Assembly (NCBI RefSeq): GCF_002310835.1
Contig: NZ_CP011042.1
Span: forward strand, 270,001-302,000
Direction: 5' to 3'
Origin: Pseudoalteromonas tetraodonis
Lineage (GTDB): Bacteria; Pseudomonadota; Gammaproteobacteria; Enterobacterales; Alteromonadaceae
Length of the DNA stretch: 32,000 nt
Shown here piece by piece: positions 9,401-16,180 of the stretch. The position numbers were made by a program, and so were the translations under genes. The notes beneath the pieces were generated by a model that was given only the letters and a program-made list of their open reading frames with translations, ran no database searches and was not told the origin of the DNA. The stretch's first letter is position 1. The number at the start of each line of letters is the position of its first letter.

Positions 9401-11176
9401 AAAAATGACGAATTAGCTGAGCAGCAAACTCCTCAGCACAATGATGATAGCGACGCCAGCAATAAGGTTGAAAGTAACCAGTCAGAAAGCACACCTAATG
9501 TAATTAATAGCGAATATAACGATTCAAATGCAGCAACGTTTGCTAGTGATTTAAGTGATAATGATGATGTTATTACAGGTACCACTGATGCCGACCGGTT
9601 AACTCACTTTGGCGACAGCGACTTTCATTATGATGAATTTGGTAACCAAATACGCGAAACCGGCAAAGGTATAAAAACCCGCCGCGAATACAATGCATTT
9701 AATCAGCTAAGTTGCTTTAACAACAACGGTACGCTTACTCAATACGATTACGACCCACTCGGGCGTCGTATCGCCAAACACACCGAGCAGGGCAAAATTG
9801 ACTACATTTGGGATAACGACCAGCTAATTGGCGAATACCAACAGGGTGAATATACCTGGTATATCAACCTGCCAAATCAATTTCACCCAGTCGCGCTGAT
9901 TAAAAAAGGTGAGGTGTACTACTACCACCTAGACCAACTGAATACTCCACGTTTTGTAACCAACAACAAAACAGAAGTAGTCTGGGAAAACCAAGCAGAT
10001 GTATATGGTTATGAAGAGTCAGAGGCAAACACTACAAATAGCTTCACTCAGCCAATACGTTTTCAAGGGCAATATTTAGATATCGAGAGTGGCTTACATT
10101 ACAACCGCTACCGCTACTACAGCCCCAAACAACAACGCTTTATAAACCAAGATCCGATTGGCCTTGTGGGTGGCATAAACCACTATCAATATGCGCCGAA
10201 TCCAGTTAATTGGGTGGACCCGTTTGGGTTGAGTTGTAAGGAAGGAGATGCTAAAAGGGTTGTTTTTGCTGGCCATGGGATTATAGATGAGACTAAATCT
10301 GCAATAGTCCCTGTGGGAAGTACTCTAACGGTATATGCATTTAATGGAGCGACAATAACAGATGACCTTGGGCAATTAATAGAAAGTGGCGGGTCCTTAA
10401 ATAGTAATGTATATAAAAAGGTATATGTTGCTGGTGATGTTATCCCCGGGTATGTGTTACTTGATAACCCTGGAGATATCGAGCTTCTCGATAGTTCAGT
10501 TCAAGTTTCTAAACCAACAGATATATCAGAACTTCTAGCCGAAAATGTAGGGGATTGCCATTGGGCTGCATGTGCTTCAATCTTTGGGCATGAAAACGAG
10601 AATGTGATTCACCATACTGAGGGCATTTTCAAAAAAGAATCAAATAAATTTTATCAGCTACAAGATGACGATAGTTGGAGTGAGTTGCTTGAAGATAATG
10701 CTAGTGAAGATACTCGAAGTATAACTAAGCCATATGGCATAGAACAGTCAGCTTTGGAAAAAGCTTTAATTAATGATATCAATCCTGACAAGGTAATTAA
10801 CGGTCGAAAAATAATTAACTCGGATCTAGCAGGTACTATTGTTAAAACTAAAGGCGGGGATGTTGCGTTCGATACCGATGGTTTCCCTGATTTTACTCCA
10901 TACTCACAAAAAACAGTCTCCGTAGAGGGCTTGACTGGGGATATGCTAAATGATGTACCCTTAGCAATGGAAAAAGCTGGTATTGAAGTATACGATAAAA
11001 CTAAATATGTTTGGCATCATCACCAAGATGCTAAAACAATGATGCTCATTCCTAAATCTGTGCACTCTGTTAGAAATGGAGGTGTTGCACATACTGGAGG
11101 CAGGGCAGTGATAAAACATAACAAAGATAATCCTAATAACGTATTGAATTATAAGTCTCCAAAAGAGCTTGTATAA
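6479..11176 (+). CDS. rhs: Rhs-family T6SS polymorphic toxin (1565 aa) without an N-terminal PAAR
   Basis: The Rhs plug region is CRSDPVSMLSGEEILPLIDFTL...WRRLYRS. Dozens of YD repeats follow (YSYDSLGRV, YKYNEHGQL, FSYDDAGRL, YKYDACNRL and others). The Rhs-associated core ends ...YNRYRYYSPKQQRFINQDPIGL...PNPVNWVDPFGL (DPFGL = nt 10217-10231). Confidence 0.95.
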   Translation: MQSNTVVLQGISYPICLVAGKGSAPSGFVAVAANTPESAKNQIAQIGSALTSDAAKRLDVINLLNLAGVSCSRGASARETASVLTQALVADKISCYHQKAKSAIQVSDNTNSGAAGKKPSSKSSSTASGKSASQAPAKNSGGASNNTPSEEPITKQECRSDPVSMLSGEEILPLIDFTLAGSKQLIWRRLYRSSHADVCSVMGNGWRHDFMVQLTEHYLPPPKVGPKQKGTYWLEYQDEHGAKHRFEKVKPGQSSYQLSSNLALHYQTNGKQVLVTPDDQHLTFKAGENSWLLEKVINEKGQSIGFYYDAKERLHRVEVNKARGCILKYNPQGLLANISAYRTGDNNKPVLLTPLLAQYDYDENKNLVRATNQQGETEHYGYNAANLLTKRTRASGFSHHFEWDSYSSSAKCIKQWGDNNTYTYQFEYNLDAGETTCIDSRGHKEHFVHNAQGKLVKHTDPNGNVWHYRYNAQGQKITEIKPDSSEIKYSYTPYGQLESITQPDGSVTKFAYNQLGQRVLTTLPDGQTITRKYSVAGLLQSETFGDGRTVLYSYDKFGQLTQHINKDGQVTKFVWNEQGELLAKHHNDELIRYSYDSLGRVNATINNAGLLTQYKYNEHGQLAQTIAFDEKDPENKQHQHFSYDDAGRLISSQNSKGDTTEQHFEGLSQPHCVIQPDGSALHLTYDKERNLTAIERSDGHVYRISYDANENPTQVTGFDGTLQQYKYDACNRLTSVTQSDKRHVKIERDKLGRVIAQHASLATDTHIVNNANYYSYNLQGKITRAHNAQSTLKQQFDKGGRLVRAEQVHNQQQAHTLKYSYDDYGRRQSLTLPDSSKLNYSYNKFGQLSGIHLQQANSTAVELAALSYDSQGNIQTQKFGNDITLTQQFDVFNRLTQQQLTHPAQALFDTCTYIYDSVNQLIARKEEGVSSHNINFEYNSLGQLIQQNLVSSENTKTTQYQWDSFGNPVSQSTVKNDELAEQQTPQHNDDSDASNKVESNQSESTPNVINSEYNDSNAATFASDLSDNDDVITGTTDADRLTHFGDSDFHYDEFGNQIRETGKGIKTRREYNAFNQLSCFNNNGTLTQYDYDPLGRRIAKHTEQGKIDYIWDNDQLIGEYQQGEYTWYINLPNQFHPVALIKKGEVYYYHLDQLNTPRFVTNNKTEVVWENQADVYGYEESEANTTNSFTQPIRFQGQYLDIESGLHYNRYRYYSPKQQRFINQDPIGLVGGINHYQYAPNPVNWVDPFGLSCKEGDAKRVVFAGHGIIDETKSAIVPVGSTLTVYAFNGATITDDLGQLIESGGSLNSNVYKKVYVAGDVIPGYVLLDNPGDIELLDSSVQVSKPTDISELLAENVGDCHWAACASIFGHENENVIHHTEGIFKKESNKFYQLQDDDSWSELLEDNASEDTRSITKPYGIEQSALEKALINDINPDKVINGRKIINSDLAGTIVKTKGGDVAFDTDGFPDFTPYSQKTVSVEGLTGDMLNDVPLAMEKAGIEVYDKTKYVWHHHQDAKTMMLIPKSVHSVRNGGVAHTGGRAVIKHNKDNPNNVLNYKSPKELV
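10232..11173 (+). other. Rhs C-terminal variable toxin region (~314 aa): unknown N-proximal module plus C-terminal WHH-type HNH/EndoVII nuclease
   Basis: It starts immediately after the DPxGL demarcation. The C-terminal part reads DGFPDFTPY...KYVWHHHQDAKTMMLIPKSVHSV..GVAHTGG, with WHH at nt 11012-11020. This fits the WHH clade of HNH-fold polymorphic toxins as I remember it. G+C and codon choice drop relative to the core. Confidence 0.65.
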
Positions 11177-11186
11177 GGTGTGATGT

Positions 11187-11564
11187 ATGACTGAAATTAA
11201 GAGCATTAAACATATAATTAAAAGAGTATGGCGAGAGCCAGAATGTACCTTACTGTTATCTTCACAAGTTGACACCACACTGTATAGTGAACTTAGTAAA
11301 GAAATCCCAGATAAATATTTAGTTATAGAAGAAGTTTTTTGTGATGAAGAGCTAGATGATATATGGGAAAGCTTTAAAGGATATTTAAGTGAATACGAGG
11401 TTTTTCCTTTTCTAGGTTTATTTGGTGGGGCCGTTATATGTGTAGGTTATGGAGAGAATAACATTGGCAAAATATTTTATTTTGACTTCGACTTTGGTTG
11501 TTTGCAGTTTGACCGTGATGATTTGAATCAATTTATTAGTAAATTGAAGTGTGTTGATGCTTAG
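11187..11564 (+). CDS. Probable cognate immunity protein, SUKH (SMI1/KNR4)-like
   Basis: 125 aa, starting 11 nt after the rhs stop with an RBS (aaggtg). The pattern LYSELSKEIPDKYL ... FPFLGLFGGAVICVGYGENNIGKIFYFDFDFG resembles the SUKH layout. It is very AT-rich. Confidence 0.6.
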   Translation: MTEIKSIKHIIKRVWREPECTLLLSSQVDTTLYSELSKEIPDKYLVIEEVFCDEELDDIWESFKGYLSEYEVFPFLGLFGGAVICVGYGENNIGKIFYFDFDFGCLQFDRDDLNQFISKLKCVDA

Positions 11565-11640
11565 TTTTGTGAAAATTAGCTTGGTAACAAACAGAGAAAT
11601 ATATTTAAATTTTTAATTGTTCTCATTTAAGGTACTGCTG

Positions 11641-11994
11641 ATGATATCTTATAAAAGAAATGATGTACGTATTGATTTAACACTAATGACAGAAAATTTC
11701 CAATCATTAAAGGATAGGGACGTGTTTCTTGATTGGTTTTTATTAGCATTAAGGCAAGCCCAGATAATAAATAAATTACGAAGTGTTGAGGTTTGTCCCA
11801 GATGCAAGACGTATATAACATTTGGTACTAATGGTAAAAAGATTTCCAGTTATGAATATAGGATTCCAAATGGTGAGTTTAATATTGTAATTAATTCGTC
11901 TATTTTACATCTTGTTTCAGTACATAATCTTGTACCTGATACTACAATTGTTTCTGCCTTAGAAAATTTATATTGCAAAGCACCTGAATATTAG
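11641..11994 (+). CDS. Hypothetical small protein (CxxC-containing); possible second or orphan immunity protein
   Basis: I prefer the ATG at 11641 over the TTG at 11617. The product contains CPRCKT. Its position in the post-rhs array suggests immunity; there is no recognisable family. Confidence 0.45.
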   Translation: MISYKRNDVRIDLTLMTENFQSLKDRDVFLDWFLLALRQAQIINKLRSVEVCPRCKTYITFGTNGKKISSYEYRIPNGEFNIVINSSILHLVSVHNLVPDTTIVSALENLYCKAPEY

Positions 11995-12004
11995 TTTGTT
12001 CATT

Positions 12005-12307
12005 ATGGCATGTATAAATATCAAAAATTTAACACTTCAAGACGTCGCTTCATTTACGCTAAAAAATAACCCCAGCAAGCAATTTAAAGAAAAATGGGGT
12101 GACGAGTATTTTAGCCGCGCAATGTCATTATGGCGTGGAGTAAAGGAATGTTATTCAAAAAGTAAAGAATGTAACTTCACTACACAAGAGCTTTTATTTG
12201 CAATGAACTATGAATATGCAGTTGCTCCTTACAGCTCTGAGAATAATAACGCTATTGAATTTTATAGATGGTGTTTTGAAAATTTAAATAAAATCAAGGA
12301 TAGATAA
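12005..12307 (+). CDS. Hypothetical small protein, translationally coupled to the downstream ChaN-like gene
   Basis: Start is the ATG at 12005 (or the TTG at 11996). Its stop overlaps the next start (TAATG at 12305-12309). No recognised motif. Confidence 0.45.
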   Translation: MACINIKNLTLQDVASFTLKNNPSKQFKEKWGDEYFSRAMSLWRGVKECYSKSKECNFTTQELLFAMNYEYAVAPYSSENNNAIEFYRWCFENLNKIKDR

Positions 12308-13080
12308 TGAATAAAATAAACACGGATGTAAATTACAGAACAATGGCCGGTAATGCGCGTTTAGTTATGTTAGGCGAATCGAGCCATAGTGCTGCTGGCT
12401 ATAAATATGAGGCTATAAAAGCGATTAGGCAGTTAAAGGCTGCGGGTTTTACACATTTTGCTATAGAAATGCTGCCTAGCTCGATGCAGGAAAAAATTGA
12501 ACTGTATCAACGAACAGGTAAAGGCTTTAACATAATACAGCAATATTTTGATAAATATTGGACACATGGTGATTTTACTCCTCAAGCCTATGGTGAGCTG
12601 GTAAAGGCGGCACGCAATGCAGGAATGAAGATAGTTGCATTGGATGTTTCTGTAGAAACGATGGAAGTAATGGATAGTGTATGCCCATCGACAAAAGCCG
12701 TGACTGGAGAGTGTTTTGACGCGCATACGTTTAGAAACGATCTTTGGGCTTATAATTTAGCTACAATCCTCAAGAGAGCTAAGCAGAATAAAATTGTTGC
12801 TTTTATGAGTCGATGGCACGCAGTTAAGAATTTAAAGTATCAAATAGGTATTGATTCTTTAATTAAAGAGCACGGTATTCAAAATGTTCGTTTTATTGAT
12901 TTTATTGGTGGCTTATCTTGTTACAGCGACAGGCCGTGTAAGGGCATGTCTAGCCAACAAGAGACTTTGAAAGGACAATACTTCTACAAAGAGGGTTTTC
13001 CGTATGAAAGTACGGTTAAATCATTTCAAGTCCACCTACCAGAAAAGCGTATTAATAATGATGGGTCATTCCAATGGTAA
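12307..13080 (+). CDS. EreA/ChaN/Tiki-superfamily protein (ChaN-like), cytoplasmic form without signal peptide
   Basis: The superfamily motifs occur in the expected order: LVMLGESSH, GFTHFAIEM, YGELVKAARNAGMKIVALD, FRNDLWAYNL, KIVAFMSRWHA. The N-terminus is not hydrophobic. Confidence 0.65.
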   Translation: MNKINTDVNYRTMAGNARLVMLGESSHSAAGYKYEAIKAIRQLKAAGFTHFAIEMLPSSMQEKIELYQRTGKGFNIIQQYFDKYWTHGDFTPQAYGELVKAARNAGMKIVALDVSVETMEVMDSVCPSTKAVTGECFDAHTFRNDLWAYNLATILKRAKQNKIVAFMSRWHAVKNLKYQIGIDSLIKEHGIQNVRFIDFIGGLSCYSDRPCKGMSSQQETLKGQYFYKEGFPYESTVKSFQVHLPEKRINNDGSFQW

Positions 13081-13661
13081 AAGCACCAGTGACACTTGTG
13101 TTAGCAATTGGTTTTTTTATTTTTACGGATGCTAAAGCATCTATGTTTGCGAATATTGATATTAATGATCCGAACTTAACCGTTGAAATTGCAGCTAAGC
13201 AATGCGAAAAAAGCTATATGCACGCACCTAACAAATTAGAAGAATGGTGTGAAAAAGCTTACGAAATGGGTCACTTGGAGTCCTTGTATTATATTGGTAT
13301 GTATACTGGGAATGGGTCCCGTTATTTAAATGAATTAAATATTCGAATTGAACAAGGTGAAGCTAATGCTATTAATACATTAGCTTGGTTATACCAAAGC
13401 GGCCGTTTAGTTAAAAAAGATTTAAGTAAAGCTGCACGCTTATACCAGCTTTATTTAGCACAAGAAAATAACCAAGCAATTACACTTAAAACTTCTACAC
13501 ATTTTGAGTTAGCTACAATTTATAGAAAGCTGGGTATGTGGGATAAAGTAATAACTCATACTCAATATGTAATTGATAAGGCAAAAAGAGAAGGTCGTAG
13601 GGAACTTGCACAGAGATGGCGAGATGAGGCTGAAACATATTTGAAAGAAAGTAATTTGTGA
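13074..13661 (+). CDS. Secreted Sel1-like repeat (SLR/TPR) protein, paralog 1
   Basis: Signal peptide MVKAPVTLVLAIGFFIFTDAKA. Sel1 signature INTLAWLYQSGRLVKKDLSKAARLYQ. Its start overlaps the upstream stop (ATGGTAA). Confidence 0.75.
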   Translation: MVKAPVTLVLAIGFFIFTDAKASMFANIDINDPNLTVEIAAKQCEKSYMHAPNKLEEWCEKAYEMGHLESLYYIGMYTGNGSRYLNELNIRIEQGEANAINTLAWLYQSGRLVKKDLSKAARLYQLYLAQENNQAITLKTSTHFELATIYRKLGMWDKVITHTQYVIDKAKREGRRELAQRWRDEAETYLKESNL

Positions 13662-14275
13662 GTTTTTCACGCGTATATAGCTTTTCACTTGGCAGTCATG
13701 TGACAAAGTATTTATTAATTAGTGCACTGTTTACTTTTAGCTTAATTAGTAATGCCGCTGGCCCTCGATGGGATAATTCAATAGATATAAATGCTCCAGA
13801 TTTGACTGTATTAGCTGCCGCAGAGCAGTGCCATAAAAGTTTAATTAACGCGCCTGAGTATCTTGAAGAGTGGTGTGAAAAAGCTTATGGAATGGGATAC
13901 TGGAAGGCACTGGTTACACTAAGCCTCCATAATGGAGATGGAACTCGATTATTAGAGGAGGCCAAAAAGCGGGTTGCGGCAAAAGAGCCAAAAGCTTATT
14001 CAACTTTAGCTTGGTTATATGGCAGTGGTATGTTTGTGGAGCAAGATATTAATTATGCTATTGCCCTTTACAAAGAATTTTTAGCATTAGATGCAGAATT
14101 ACCAAATTCGTTAGTTGCGGCTGCGCACTTTAAGTTAGCAAACTTATATGAATCGCAGCAGGATTGGCTTGCAGTAAATGAGCATGCACAATATGTTATT
14201 GACCACAGTCCTTTAGCTTATGATAAAGAACGAGCTGTTGATTTGATAAAGTTAGCTAAAAAAATTTTTGATTAA
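13658..14275 (+). CDS. Secreted Sel1-like repeat protein, paralog 2
   Basis: The GTG at 13658 overlaps the upstream TGA. An alternative in-frame GTG at 13700 would give MTKYLLISALFTFSLISNAAG. Sel1 signature YSTLAWLYGSGMFVEQDINYAIALYK. It shares the block LEEWCEKAY.MG with paralog 1. Confidence 0.75.
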   Translation: MSFSRVYSFSLGSHVTKYLLISALFTFSLISNAAGPRWDNSIDINAPDLTVLAAAEQCHKSLINAPEYLEEWCEKAYGMGYWKALVTLSLHNGDGTRLLEEAKKRVAAKEPKAYSTLAWLYGSGMFVEQDINYAIALYKEFLALDAELPNSLVAAAHFKLANLYESQQDWLAVNEHAQYVIDHSPLAYDKERAVDLIKLAKKIFD

Positions 14276-14312
14276 GAATAAATCATTGAATAAAAACTGA
14301 TACAAAAAGGAG

Positions 14313-14340
14313 CTATAAACGCCAAATTAAGGCGCTATAG
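14313..14340 (+). terminator. Possible terminator hairpin after the Sel1 pair
   Basis: ctata..cgcc (14313-14323) pairs with ggcg.tatag (14331-14340). The 5+4 bp stem has an internal bulge and a 7-nt loop. The downstream U tract is weak (aattatt). Confidence 0.35.
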
Positions 14341-14347
14341 AATTATT

Positions 14348-14614
14348 ATGGAACAACAAAACCAACATACACTAACCAACCTTGTATACGATATTTACGA
14401 GGATCCAACCAAAATTGAAGAGCATCAAGAGCTTATTCAACCATTATTGAGCGATTTAGTCGCAACTGCCCCTGCGGGTTTTGAAGGCATAGCGACGATG
14501 ATCAATACCCACATATCAAACGGGTTTAAGTTTAAAAACCCTAAAATACAAAAGTTTGAGCTTGAGTCGGGCTTATTAAAGCTTAAAACCTACTTTCAAA
14601 AAATAAACCTTTAA
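14348..14614 (+). CDS. Hypothetical 88-aa protein
   Basis: An ORF with coding-like composition. No motif recognised and the RBS is weak. Confidence 0.4.
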   Translation: MEQQNQHTLTNLVYDIYEDPTKIEEHQELIQPLLSDLVATAPAGFEGIATMINTHISNGFKFKNPKIQKFELESGLLKLKTYFQKINL

Positions 14615-14674
14615 TTAGTTTCGAAATTGCCAATACTCTCGGCGCAGTGTGTTGGCAGTAATCAAGGATGATAA

Positions 14675-15460
14675 ATGACTCTTATAAACACCTGCATTTT
14701 AATGCTGTTTTTACAGCCATTATTTGTTTATTTAGCACTTTTTAAACAGTCAAAATACAGCGTTGAGCCTAAAAGTTCGTTAGATAATGAAGATTCAATG
14801 TTTTTATTTATTGCCCCTGGCTTATCGGTTTTTTATCTTGATCAGTTTTGGGTCGCGCTGCTTTATTTAGGTAGTGTGTGCTTATTGGGTGTATTGCTAG
14901 CTAAAATTGTAGAAAGTAAAGCAAACAAGCGATTAACCAGAGACGATTCAATAGGGTTTATGGTCGCCAGTTTTATCTTTTTTGGAATGATAAAGTTAAT
15001 TATTGTTGCGGTAGCGTATTTTTTTACCGATGACGCTTCAAGCGCGATAACAGAAGATTTAAGCCCAGCTAAAGAGCCCTCATTAACGATTAGCCAAATG
15101 TTTAGTGTGGATTATTTATATAGCCAGTTTAAACCTACGGTTTATTTTTTAGCATTAATGGTCGTGACCTTGGTGCTCAAAATTATTGAGTATAAGTTTT
15201 CTCTGAAGGAGGCGCTTTCAGGCATACTTATTATGCTAAGTGCGTTATTAGTCGGTATTTCCCCATTATTTGGCGAAGCTTATATATTAGGCTTAATTGC
15301 TAACTTTTTTATCTTTTTTATAGTGTGCTCTACATGTATTGAAATAGACAAAATAGGGGATGCATCGGGTGGCGCTATTGCTATTTTGTATGGCTATATA
15401 TTAATGATGGGACTAGGGTTTAGCATTATATGTAAGCTGGTTTATGAAGTGTTTTTTTAG
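14675..15460 (+). CDS. Polytopic inner-membrane protein of unknown function (261 aa)
   Basis: There are at least six long hydrophobic segments, for example FLFIAPGLSVFYL, ALLYLGSVCLLGVLLA, FMVASFIFFGMIKLIIVAVAYFF and ILGLIANFFIFFIVC. Confidence 0.65.
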   Translation: MTLINTCILMLFLQPLFVYLALFKQSKYSVEPKSSLDNEDSMFLFIAPGLSVFYLDQFWVALLYLGSVCLLGVLLAKIVESKANKRLTRDDSIGFMVASFIFFGMIKLIIVAVAYFFTDDASSAITEDLSPAKEPSLTISQMFSVDYLYSQFKPTVYFLALMVVTLVLKIIEYKFSLKEALSGILIMLSALLVGISPLFGEAYILGLIANFFIFFIVCSTCIEIDKIGDASGGAIAILYGYILMMGLGFSIICKLVYEVFF

Positions 15461-15628
15461 GGAAAGATTTATTGCTTGTTTTTTGCTCTAAATGCTTGCA
15501 GTGCGCTTTGTACCCAATTAGAATAAATTTTAGTTGAAATGGCAATTTCATTAACGCTGATAGTTAAGAGTTTAAAACGTCATTAAATAGCAATACGACA
15601 CGTATATTTTGAGGCTAATAGTAGGGAG

Positions 15629-16150
15629 TTGTATATTTTGTTATCGCGTTTTAAAGCTTACTTTTTGGTAGTTGTATCTATTACTATTATTTTTACTACA
15701 ACACAGGCTTGTGCAGATATGTTTGGTTTTTTTAATAAGCAGGATTTTGTTTTATCGGCTCCGATGAAGGGGCAGTTGTTAGATAAAGGGCAGCCTGTTG
15801 CAAATACTAAGGTTGTACGTGCGCTTACTTATGGTGATGAATATAAAGATGAAGCAATAACCGATGAAAATGGTTTTTTTACCTTCACAGAAAAATCTAT
15901 AAAAACGAGTAAGCCTGCAAACATGTTTGATAATGAATCACTGGTTCAGCATGTTTATTTAGAAAATGGTACGCCTGAGGGCGTTGTACTTTGGTACACA
16001 ACCGTGTCTATGCACGAAGGGAGTGATACCCTAAAAAACTTACTCGCTAACTTAGAGTGTGATATTGCCGAAGAGCCACAAACATACGACATACCTATAG
16101 AAGAAGCACCAGAGCATTTCTTTACGATATATGGTGCATGTAAAATGTAA
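15629..16150 (+). CDS. Small exported protein or lipoprotein (candidate lipase immunity protein)
   Basis: The hydrophobic N-terminus ends in a lipobox-like TTQAC. The motif TDENGFFTF suggests a transthyretin/carboxypeptidase-regulatory-like beta domain. It ends 30 nt upstream of the lipase gene. The start codon is uncertain (TTG at 15629 or 15638). Confidence 0.55.
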   Translation: MYILLSRFKAYFLVVVSITIIFTTTQACADMFGFFNKQDFVLSAPMKGQLLDKGQPVANTKVVRALTYGDEYKDEAITDENGFFTFTEKSIKTSKPANMFDNESLVQHVYLENGTPEGVVLWYTTVSMHEGSDTLKNLLANLECDIAEEPQTYDIPIEEAPEHFFTIYGACKM

Positions 16151-16180
16151 CTTTTAACATAATCATTTAAAGGGAATTTT

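Noticed and set aside
10961-11278. 105-aa minus-strand ORF spanning the rhs 3' end and the immunity gene start
   Set aside because: It is a shadow ORF opposite two well-supported plus-strand genes, and no motif is recognisable.
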